Shown here: piece after piece, positions 16,564 to 24,827 of the stretch | Position numbering within the stretch: position 1 is the first letter of the stretch | Layout: the number at the start of each line of letters is the position of its first letter | Origin: Longimicrobiales bacterium | GTDB lineage: Bacteria; Gemmatimonadota; Gemmatimonadetes; Longimicrobiales; Gaopeijiaceae | NCBI GenBank assembly: GCA_965204735.1 | Contig: OZ242008.1 | Location: 1,600,001 to 1,664,000 of the forward strand | DNA length: 64,000 nt | Direction of reading: 5' to 3' | Made by a program: the position numbers and the translations under genes | The notes under the pieces: model-generated | Seen by the model: only the letters and a program-made list of their open reading frames with translations | Databases searched by the model: none | Told to the model about the DNA's origin: nothing

Positions 16564-19239
16564 ATGGCCTTCGCATCGCGGCTGATCCGCTTCTTCTGCC
16601 TCGCGACCCTTCTCGCCCTCCCGGTCGCGTCGGCCCACGCCCAGCAGGGCACGATCTCGGGGCGGGTGGTCGACGCCGAGACCGGCGAGCCCGTGGCGGG
16701 CGCCGCCGTCGAACTCCTGGGGCAGGCGGGGCAGGCCGAAACCGACGCCGCCGGCGAGTTCAGCGTGGCGGTGGCCTCGGCCTCGGGCGCGCACACCGTG
16801 GTCGTCACGATGATCGGCTACGAGACGGCCCGCGTGGACGACGTGCGCACGACGCAGAGCGTGGAGGTCTCGCTGCGCTCCCGGGCCCTGGTGCTCAACC
16901 CGGTCGTGGTCACGGCGTCTCGACGCCAGGAGAAGGCCCTGGAGGCTCCGGCGTCGATCTCGGTCGTCTCCAGCGACGAGATCGAGCGCACGATCGTCCC
17001 GACGCCGGCCGAGAACCTGAAGGGGCTGGCGGGAGTCGACATGGTCCAGACCGGGATCACCCAAAGCAACATCGTGGCTCGGGGGTTCAACAACGTCTTC
17101 TCGGGCACGCTGCTCACCATCGTGGACAACCGGTACGCGCGCATTCCGTCCCTGCGCTTCAACGCCCACAACATGATCCCGGTCACCGACCTGGACATCG
17201 ACCGGATCGAGGTCTCCCTGGGGCCGGGCGCCGCCCTCTACGGCCCCAACGCCGCGTCGGGCGTCATGCACATCATCACCGCGTCGCCGATCGACCGACC
17301 GGGCTCGTCCTTCTCGGTGGCCGGCGGCGAGCGCTCCGTCTTCCACGGCCAGCTCCGCACTGCCCACTCCCTGGCCGACGGCGCCTTCGGCTTCAAGGTC
17401 TCGGCCCAGTACTTCCGCGGCAACGACTTCGAGTACACGGATCCGGAGGAGCCTTCGACCGTGGAGCGGGACTTCCTCAACGCGCGCTGGTCCGCCGACG
17501 CCCGCATGGACTTCCGCTTCGCCGGCGACGCCGAGCTCGTCTTCAACGGCGGCGTCAACACGGCGGTGAAGAGCATCGAGCTCACGGGGATCGGCGCGGC
17601 CCAGGCCGACGGATGGGGCAACCGGTACTTCCAGGCCCGGTTCAGCAAGGGACGCCTCTTCGCCCAGGCGTTCCTGAACCAGACCGACTCGGGGACGGAC
17701 ACCTACCTCTTCCGCACCGGCGAAGGCGTGGTGGACCAGTCCCGGGCCATGGCCGTCCAGGCCCAGTACGGCTTCAACCTGGGCGACTTCCAGAGCTTCA
17801 CCTACGGGGTGGACTGGCAGCGGACCGAACCCCGCACCGGAGGCACGATCACCGGCCGCAACGAAGACGACGACCTCATCAGCGAGGTGGGCGCCTACGT
17901 GCACTCGGAGACGGCCCTGGGCGAGAAGGTGGACTTCGTGGCCGCGGTTCGCGTGGACGACCACAGCCGTCTGGCGAACCCGAACATCTCGCCCCGAGCG
18001 GCGCTGGTCTTGAAGCCGTCGGAAGACCAGACCTTCCGCCTCACCTTCAACCGGGCGTTCGGAACGCCCACTTCCAACAACCTCTTCCTGGACATCGTGG
18101 CGGCCCGGTCCGAGATCATCCCGGGAGTGCTCTCCTACGACGTGCGCGCGCTGGGCGTGCCCTCCGGCGGCTTCACCTTCAACAACGAGTGCCCTGGCGG
18201 CCACCTGTCGATGTGCATGTACTCTCCCCTTGCCCCGGGGCAGCAGCTGCCGGCGAACGCCGCGGTGTTCTACGACGCGCTTCTGCAAAACCTTGCCAGG
18301 GACCCCCAGCTGGCGGCCCTCGCGCCGGCGCTCGCAAACCCGGGCAGCAGGCCGACGGACCCCGCCATCAACACCGTGTTCCGCCGCCTCAACCAAGCCG
18401 CCGAACCCGGAGAGCCCCTCTTCGTCCTGGACGACTCCAAGCCGGCCTCCATCGCCGATCTCCGGTCCACGATCCACAACACCTACGAGGTGGGCTACAA
18501 GGGCTTCCTCGGCGACCGACTTCTCTTGGCCGCCGACCTCTGGTACGCGGACGTCAAGGACTTCGTGGGTCCGTTGCGGGTCGAGACCCTCAACGTCTTC
18601 TTCGAGCCGACTTCCCTGAAGGCCTTCCTGGACAGCCGGCTGGCCGGCCTCGTTGCGGCGGGAGTGCTGGACGCGGCCACGGCGGCGGGGACCGCCGGTC
18701 TGATCGCCGGGCTGGCGGCTCAGATACCGGTGGGCTCGGTCGTGCCCGACCAAGTCCAGTCCTCGGACTTCATCGTGACTTACCGCAACTTCGGAGAGGT
18801 CGACTACTGGGGCGCCGACTTTGCCGCCCAGTTCTTGGCGTCGGACCGCGTGCGGATCAACGGCTCCTACTCGCATCAGAGCCAGGAGTGCTTCGACTTC
18901 AACGAGGACGGCAACTGCAGGAGCGCCGACGACATCGCCCTGAACGCTCCGAACCACAAGGGCTCGGTGGGCGTGACCTTCGACGACCGCGCGGCGGGCT
19001 TCTCCCTCAGCGCGCGCATGCGCATGAGCGCCGGCTTCCCCATGAACTCGGGCGTGTACGTGGGCGACGTGGACGGCTACACGGTCGTGGACGCGGGTTT
19101 GAGCTACCGCCTCCCCTTCCAGCCCAACGCGAGCGTTTCCCTGAGCGCGAGCAACCTCCTCAACAACCTGCACCAGGAGTTCATCGGCGCTCCCGAGCTG
19201 GGCCGTCTCGTGCTGGCTCGGGTGCGGTTCGACTTCTGA
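16564..19239 (+). CDS. TonB-dependent receptor
   Basis: Signal peptide, CarboxypepD_reg-like N-domain, VVVTASR, plug motif IDRIEVSLGPGAALYGPNA, C-terminal Phe. Confidence 0.95.
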   Translation: MAFASRLIRFFCLATLLALPVASAHAQQGTISGRVVDAETGEPVAGAAVELLGQAGQAETDAAGEFSVAVASASGAHTVVVTMIGYETARVDDVRTTQSVEVSLRSRALVLNPVVVTASRRQEKALEAPASISVVSSDEIERTIVPTPAENLKGLAGVDMVQTGITQSNIVARGFNNVFSGTLLTIVDNRYARIPSLRFNAHNMIPVTDLDIDRIEVSLGPGAALYGPNAASGVMHIITASPIDRPGSSFSVAGGERSVFHGQLRTAHSLADGAFGFKVSAQYFRGNDFEYTDPEEPSTVERDFLNARWSADARMDFRFAGDAELVFNGGVNTAVKSIELTGIGAAQADGWGNRYFQARFSKGRLFAQAFLNQTDSGTDTYLFRTGEGVVDQSRAMAVQAQYGFNLGDFQSFTYGVDWQRTEPRTGGTITGRNEDDDLISEVGAYVHSETALGEKVDFVAAVRVDDHSRLANPNISPRAALVLKPSEDQTFRLTFNRAFGTPTSNNLFLDIVAARSEIIPGVLSYDVRALGVPSGGFTFNNECPGGHLSMCMYSPLAPGQQLPANAAVFYDALLQNLARDPQLAALAPALANPGSRPTDPAINTVFRRLNQAAEPGEPLFVLDDSKPASIADLRSTIHNTYEVGYKGFLGDRLLLAADLWYADVKDFVGPLRVETLNVFFEPTSLKAFLDSRLAGLVAAGVLDAATAAGTAGLIAGLAAQIPVGSVVPDQVQSSDFIVTYRNFGEVDYWGADFAAQFLASDRVRINGSYSHQSQECFDFNEDGNCRSADDIALNAPNHKGSVGVTFDDRAAGFSLSARMRMSAGFPMNSGVYVGDVDGYTVVDAGLSYRLPFQPNASVSLSASNLLNNLHQEFIGAPELGRLVLARVRFDF

Positions 19240-19305
19240 CCGCCCCGCCGGCCCGAGGCCGGCAACTGCGACGCGCGCGCGACGACAGGCCTTGACTCGC
19301 GAGCC

Positions 19306-19767
19306 ATGACCCGTCGGCGCAAGAGGCAGCGCCAGGAGCGTATCCTCGAGCTGGTCAAGGACCACCGAGTCCCCAGCCAAGAGGCGCTTCGCGACCTCCT
19401 CGTGCGGGCCGACTTCGAGGTCGCCCAGGCCACTCTCTCGCGGGACATCCGCGACCTTCGGCTGGTGAAGGTTCCCGTCGCCGGCGGCAAGTCCTACTAC
19501 ACGCTCCCGGAGGAGTGGGAACAGAAGCCGCCGCTGGAGTCGGTGCTGTCGGCCCTCTACGTCTCGGCCGAGGTGGTCGGGAACTTGGCCGTCGTGCGGA
19601 CGCTCAGCGGGGCGGCCCAGGCAGTGGCGTCGGGGATCGACTGGGAGGAGTTCGAAGGGCTGGCGGGCACCATCGCCGGAGACGACACGGTCCTTCTGGT
19701 CCTCAAGGACCCGGAGGCCGCCGTCGCCGTCGTCGCCGAGATCGAGGCCTTGGCCGGGCGCAGCTGA
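19306..19767 (+). CDS. argR: Arginine repressor
   Basis: SQEAL, QATLSRDIRDL, GTIAGDDT; lies upstream of argGH. Confidence 0.96.
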   Translation: MTRRRKRQRQERILELVKDHRVPSQEALRDLLVRADFEVAQATLSRDIRDLRLVKVPVAGGKSYYTLPEEWEQKPPLESVLSALYVSAEVVGNLAVVRTLSGAAQAVASGIDWEEFEGLAGTIAGDDTVLLVLKDPEAAVAVVAEIEALAGRS

Positions 19768-19813
19768 CCCCGGCGAGCGTTCCGGGCGGGGAAGTCGTGC
19801 TTTCGTCGGCCCG

Positions 19814-19877
19814 TTGACCCCTGGCGCCTATATGCATATTATTCCACTTGCAGCGGTTATTCCTTCATTCATGCATC
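19814..19877 (+). promoter_or_regulatory. Sigma70-type promoter of argGH overlapped by ARG-box-like operator sequence
   Basis: TTGACC (19814) - 17 bp - TATTAT (19837). AT-rich TATGCATATTATTCCA and CCTTCATTCATGCAT resemble the TGAATWWWWATTCA ARG box. Confidence 0.7.
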
Positions 19878-19902
19878 GGCAACACAACGGGAGAGGCGAG
19901 CG

Positions 19903-21228
19903 ATGAAGGTCGTTCTCGGATACTCGGGAGGGCTGGACACCTCGGTGATCGTGCCTTGGCTTCGGGAGAACCACGGGGCCGAAGTCGTCTGCATGGCGGC
20001 GGACGTGGGCCAGCAGGGCGGGGTGGAGCACTTGGCGGCGAAGGCGCTCGCCACGGGGGCTTCCGCGTTCTTCGGCGAGGACCTGAAGGACGCCTTCGTG
20101 TCGGAGTACGTGCTGCCTGTGCTCCGGGCCGGCGCCGTCTACAGTCGCAAGTACCTGCTGGGCACTGCGATGGCGCGTCCGCTGATCGCCCGCCGGATGG
20201 TGGAGATCGCCCGGAGCACCGGCGCCGACGCCGTGGCCCACGGATGCACCGGCAAGGGGAACGACCAGCTCCGCTTCGAGCTCTCCTTTGCGGCGCTGGC
20301 GCCCGACCTTGAAGTGGTGGCCCCTTGGCGGGTGTGGGAGATCGCTTCGCGCGAGGACGCCCTGGCCTTCGCTCGGGCCCGGGGGATATCACTGGACGTG
20401 GACGAAGGGAAGCTCTACTCGCGAGACGAGAACCTGTGGCACACCAGCCACGAGGGCGGCCCCCTGGAGGACCCGGCCAACGCGCCGAGCCCCGACGTCT
20501 TCACCCGCACCTGCGATCCGGCCGAAGCTCCCGACCGGCCTCGGGATCTGGAGGTCTCCTTCGAGGCCGGCGTGCCTGTGGCCTTGGACGGTCGGCCCAT
20601 CGGGCTCCTGGCGCTCCTGGAAGCGCTCAATCGCGCGGGCGCGGAGCACGGAGTGGGCAGGGCCGACGTGATCGAGGACCGAGTCGTGGGCATCAAGTCC
20701 CGGGGCGTGTACGAGACTCCGGGGGGGACGATACTGCTGACGGCGCTTCAGGAGCTGGAGCAGATGGTCCTTTCCCGGAGGGCGCTCTCGCTGAAGGACG
20801 AGCTGGCGCCCCGATACGCCGACGTCGTCTACGAAGGCCGCTGGTGGACTCCGGAGCGGAAGGCGCTGGACGCCATGGTGGACTCGCTGATGGAGCCCGT
20901 CACCGGGAGCGTGCGGCTGCGCCTCTTCAAGGGAAGCGCGAGCGTGACCGCCCGGACCAGCCCCACGTCGTTGTACGACCTGGATCTGGCCTCGTTCGGC
21001 GCATCCGAAGGGTACGACCACTCCGATTCGTCGGGGTTCGTCAAGCTGTACGGGTTGCCGTTGCGCGCGGTGGCGGCCCAGCAGGGGACGGAGTTGCGGG
21101 CGACGGGCGGCCGCAAGGGTTCGGCGGCCGGCGCAGGCGCGACGGGGGGCGCGGGCTGGAGCGAGTCGTCGGCGTCGCCGGCCGGCTCCCAAGGGACGGC
21201 ATCGGCAGGACGCGGCCTTCCCCGGTGA
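19903..21228 (+). CDS. argG: Argininosuccinate synthase
   Basis: YSGGLDTS, HGCTGKGNDQLRFE, YSRDENLWH, GIKSRGVYETPG. Confidence 0.98.
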   Translation: MKVVLGYSGGLDTSVIVPWLRENHGAEVVCMAADVGQQGGVEHLAAKALATGASAFFGEDLKDAFVSEYVLPVLRAGAVYSRKYLLGTAMARPLIARRMVEIARSTGADAVAHGCTGKGNDQLRFELSFAALAPDLEVVAPWRVWEIASREDALAFARARGISLDVDEGKLYSRDENLWHTSHEGGPLEDPANAPSPDVFTRTCDPAEAPDRPRDLEVSFEAGVPVALDGRPIGLLALLEALNRAGAEHGVGRADVIEDRVVGIKSRGVYETPGGTILLTALQELEQMVLSRRALSLKDELAPRYADVVYEGRWWTPERKALDAMVDSLMEPVTGSVRLRLFKGSASVTARTSPTSLYDLDLASFGASEGYDHSDSSGFVKLYGLPLRAVAAQQGTELRATGGRKGSAAGAGATGGAGWSESSASPAGSQGTASAGRGLPR

Positions 21229-22646
21229 GCCACGCCCTTTGGGGCGGCCGCTTCGACGGCGAGCTTGCCGCCGAGATGGGACCGCTGAACCGGTCTCTGG
21301 ATGTGGACTGGCGGCTCTGGCGTCACGACGTTCGGGGCAGTCGCGCCTGGGCCCGGGGGCTGGAGCGGGCGGGGGTGCTCTCTCCTGACGAAGCCGCGCA
21401 GATCGACCGGGGGCTGGTCCAGGTGGCGGAACGGCTGGAAGCGCTTCCGGGGCCGGCGGGACTTCCCGACGAGGACGTCCACACCGTCGTCGAGCGGCTC
21501 CTTACCGAGATCGTCGGACCGGTCGGGGGCAAGCTCCACACGGGCCGCTCCCGCAACGACCAAGTCGCCACGGACTTCCGCATGTGGGGCACGGAAGCGG
21601 TCGCCGAGCTGCACGGCCAGGTCGTCGAGCTGGCGGAGGCGCTGGCCGCCAAGGCTCGGGCGACGAGGGACGTGGTCATGCCGGCCTACACCCACCTGCA
21701 GCAGGCCCAGCCGACGCCGGTCGCCCACTGGCTGCTCTCCCGCGCGTGGCCGCTGGTCCGCGACGCGAAGCACTTGGGGGCCGTGGCCGACGAGTGCGCC
21801 GTGCTGCCGCTGGGCTCGGGAGCGGTGGCGGGCTGTCCCTTCGACGTGGACCGGGAGGCGCTGGCCGCCGAGCTGGGGTTCTCGACCGTGTCGGAGAACT
21901 CGATCGATGCGGTGTCGGACCGGGACTGGGCCGCCAAGCTGGTGTTCGCGGCGGCGCTGACCGGTGTGCACCTCTCCCAGCTGGCCGAGGACCTGGTGGT
22001 GTTCTCCAGCGCCGAGTTCGGGTTCGTGCGGATCGGGGGCGGCTTCGCCACGGGCTCGTCGCTGATGCCCCAGAAGCGGAACCCGGACGTGGCCGAGCTG
22101 GCCAGGGGAAAGTCGGGGCGCCTGATCGGCAATGTGACGGCCGTGCTTGCCGTGCTGAAGGGGCTTCCCACGGGCTACAACCGGGACTTGCAGGAGGACA
22201 AGGAAGCGGTCTTCGACTCGGTGGACACCCTGGCGGTCGCGCTCCCGGCGATGACGGGGGCGGTCGCGGAGCTGGGAGTGGTGCGCGAGCGGCTGGCAGG
22301 CGCGCTGGGGGCCGGCGTTCACGCCACCGACCTGGCCGAGCACCTGGTGCGGCGCGGCGTGCCCTTCCGGGAGAGCCATCACGCGGTGGGAGCGCTGGTT
22401 CGGGTTGCGGAGGCGTCGGGCCGGGAGCTGAACGAGCTGGGGATCGACGAGCTGCGAAGAGGTCATCCCGCATTCGGCGACGAAGCGACGGCGGTCTTCG
22501 ATCCGGTTGCTTCGGCGGAGTCCCGGGCGGTCCGCGGGGGCACCGCCGCCGCAGCCGTGGACGCCCAGCTGGAGGCGCTGGCGAAGGCGCTGGGGGCGGA
22601 GTCCAGCGGACTGGCGTCGGCGCGCTCGATCTCGGAGACGGGGTAG
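21225..22646 (+). CDS. argH: Argininosuccinate lyase
   Basis: GTGA-coupled start, LWGGRF, HTGRSRNDQVATD, YTHLQ, GSSLMPQKRNPD, YNRDLQEDK. Confidence 0.98.
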   Translation: MSHALWGGRFDGELAAEMGPLNRSLDVDWRLWRHDVRGSRAWARGLERAGVLSPDEAAQIDRGLVQVAERLEALPGPAGLPDEDVHTVVERLLTEIVGPVGGKLHTGRSRNDQVATDFRMWGTEAVAELHGQVVELAEALAAKARATRDVVMPAYTHLQQAQPTPVAHWLLSRAWPLVRDAKHLGAVADECAVLPLGSGAVAGCPFDVDREALAAELGFSTVSENSIDAVSDRDWAAKLVFAAALTGVHLSQLAEDLVVFSSAEFGFVRIGGGFATGSSLMPQKRNPDVAELARGKSGRLIGNVTAVLAVLKGLPTGYNRDLQEDKEAVFDSVDTLAVALPAMTGAVAELGVVRERLAGALGAGVHATDLAEHLVRRGVPFRESHHAVGALVRVAEASGRELNELGIDELRRGHPAFGDEATAVFDPVASAESRAVRGGTAAAAVDAQLEALAKALGAESSGLASARSISETG

Positions 22647-22699
22647 GCCGGGAAGGCCCGGGGCCGAGCAGTCGCCGGAACGGCCCGCCGGCCGGGGCC

Positions 22700-22882
22700 G
22701 CCGCAAGCGCGCTCGAGCCGTTCTGTGGTCGTCGTCACCAGATCGAGTCGGCCCAGCGTGACCGACACGAGGGAGCCGCAAGCGCGCCCGAACCGTCCTG
22801 TGGTCGTCGCGCCCAAGCCCAGGACGCCGCCCCCGCCTACTCCAGAGGCCGCAAGCGCGGTCGAGCCGTCCTGTGGTCGTCG
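22700..22882. repeat. CRISPR-like mini-array: 3 x 35-nt imperfect repeats with unique 40- and 38-nt spacers; no cas genes in the window
   Basis: GCCGCAAGCGCGSYCGARCCGTYCTGTGGTCGTCG at 22700, 22775 and 22848. Confidence 0.85.
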
Positions 22883-22909
22883 CGGCGGCTTCGGAGTAGG
22901 TTGTCGCCC

Positions 22910-24805
22910 ATGACATCCCTTCGGGCGCCGGCGGGCGCGGGATGGTACTGGCATTGGGGCGCCCCGGCCGCGGCCTGCCTGGGCTTTCTCGCGGCAGCCG
23001 GCTTGGCCGCGGCTTGGCTGTCGAGCGCCGAGGACCGACTCGGGCGGTTCGCGCTCTCCGCCGCGGCCTTTTCGGCGACGCTGCTGCTCTCTTGGGTCGT
23101 CGCCGGCCCTGGACACCCGTCGATCTCGGCCTCCGCTGCGCAGAGTGCACGCGACCGCGCCGTCCATGCCGTCCTGGCGACGGCCGTCGTCTCGACAGCC
23201 GTGGTCGCCGCTGCCTATCTGCTGGACGGACCGCTGGTCCTGGACGAGCAGAAGTCGATCATCGACTACGGCGTTCAGCCTCTCGCCGCGATCGCCGCTT
23301 CGTACGACGACCCGAACAACCATGTGCTGCACACGCTCCTGCTCCGGGTGGCGTATCGGTTCGGCGGGACGAGCCTGGTCGTCCTTCGACAGCCCGCGTT
23401 CTTGTCGTTCTGTCTTCTTCTTCCCGCGCTGTGGTGGTTCGCGCGGCAAGAGTACGGACCGACGGCGGCCGTGTTCGCCACCGCCTTCACGGGCATGTCG
23501 CCGATGCTTGTGGAGTACGCCACCGTCGCCAGGGGGTACACGATCCTGCTGCTCCTCTTCATGGCGGCGCTGCTGTGCGGACGGGTCCTGGTGCGCAAGC
23601 CGGACAGCAGGGCGCTGTGGGCCACGTGGGCCGCGGCGGTCGCCCTCGGCTTCTTCACGATGCCGCTGATGGTGCTTCCCGCCCTGACCGCCGTGGCCTG
23701 GATGCTCTTGGTTCGCTGGCGGGAGGGCGGGCGCGCGGCAGTGGGGCCCTTTGCCGTCAAGACGGCGGTCTGGTCGGTCGTGGCCCTTGCCGGCACGGGA
23801 GTCCTGTACGCGCCGATCATCGCCGCCGAGGGCATCCAGGGCGTGCACGCAACCCTCGTGGTCGAGGGCGAGTACGCGGTCGCCGCGTCCGCTTCGCTGC
23901 TCCTGCATCCGTTCGAGGTCTGGGACGACTGGCACTTCAAGCACCCCAGCTGGGCAAAGGGAGTCCTGTGGGCGCTGGTCGTCGTCGGCGCCGCGGTCCC
24001 GGGCCGCGGCTCGAGGCCGCGGGTGGGAGTGCTGCTGCTGGCGACGGGGCTCGCCACGGCTCTGCTGATGGCGACAAGACCGTTCATGCTGACGCCGCGC
24101 CTGGCGCTCTGGATGGCGCCGTTGGTCATGGTCGCGGCCGGGGTTGGCGCGGCGTCTGTCCTGGAAGGCGCTCTCGACCGCGCGGGAGCCCGTTGGCCGC
24201 GGGTCGCCGCCGCGCCGGGCCGGCGCATTGCGACCTGCGCCGCCGCGGCGCTGGTCGCGGGCGTCCTTGCCGTGTGGTCCGTGCAGCCAGTCCGATTGCT
24301 GGGATGGTCTCCCAAGGCTCGGTGGCGCGTCCACCCCATGGCGTTCGCCACCGCCGAGCGGATGGAGCCCGGCGATCACTTCGCCACCTACAGCTGGGTG
24401 GCCAACTTCGCGGTGATCCGAGTGCGGGAGCGCCTCCGAATCGACAGCGACGCAGGCTTCTACCATCCCCTGGGAACGCCCGAAGAACGTTGGTCGGTAC
24501 ACCGCGTGTCCGCCCGCCGCGGAACGAGCGCCGACCCCGGCGGCCCCTCGCCCGATCCCGCCGACCCGCCGCCCGACCCCGCCGACTCCCCGCCCGATCC
24601 CGCCGACCCCCGGCGGGCGCCCGAAGGCCCCGCGGAAGGCCGCCTCTTCGTGATGTACCCGAGGGACCCCGACGACGCCGACAGATCATTCGCCAGCGAG
24701 TTCGTGGATGCGCATCCGTCCGACCACGAGCTGGTCGCCGCCTTCGACGGCGGACTCGTCTACATGCTGAAGGAGTGGACCAAGCGCCCACGGCGGCTGC
24801 GCTGA
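22910..24805 (+). CDS. Polytopic membrane protein, GT-C/ArnT-PMT-like glycosyltransferase
   Basis: Many TM segments, first-loop LDE, PNNHVLHT, ARGY motif. GGAG upstream of ATG 22910. Confidence 0.72.
   Translation: MTSLRAPAGAGWYWHWGAPAAACLGFLAAAGLAAAWLSSAEDRLGRFALSAAAFSATLLLSWVVAGPGHPSISASAAQSARDRAVHAVLATAVVSTAVVAAAYLLDGPLVLDEQKSIIDYGVQPLAAIAASYDDPNNHVLHTLLLRVAYRFGGTSLVVLRQPAFLSFCLLLPALWWFARQEYGPTAAVFATAFTGMSPMLVEYATVARGYTILLLLFMAALLCGRVLVRKPDSRALWATWAAAVALGFFTMPLMVLPALTAVAWMLLVRWREGGRAAVGPFAVKTAVWSVVALAGTGVLYAPIIAAEGIQGVHATLVVEGEYAVAASASLLLHPFEVWDDWHFKHPSWAKGVLWALVVVGAAVPGRGSRPRVGVLLLATGLATALLMATRPFMLTPRLALWMAPLVMVAAGVGAASVLEGALDRAGARWPRVAAAPGRRIATCAAAALVAGVLAVWSVQPVRLLGWSPKARWRVHPMAFATAERMEPGDHFATYSWVANFAVIRVRERLRIDSDAGFYHPLGTPEERWSVHRVSARRGTSADPGGPSPDPADPPPDPADSPPDPADPRRAPEGPAEGRLFVMYPRDPDDADRSFASEFVDAHPSDHELVAAFDGGLVYMLKEWTKRPRRLR
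24550..24610 (+). repeat. 3 x 21-bp in-frame repeat (PDPADxP)
   Basis: gcccgaYcccgccgacYc units at 24550, 24571 and 24592. Confidence 0.85.
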
Positions 24806-24827
24806 CCGCCGCTCGTCTTCCCTCCCT

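Noticed and set aside
22700..22882. Calling this a bona fide CRISPR array
   Set aside because: Only three imperfect repeats, atypical ends, no leader and no cas genes in the window. Reported as CRISPR-like only.
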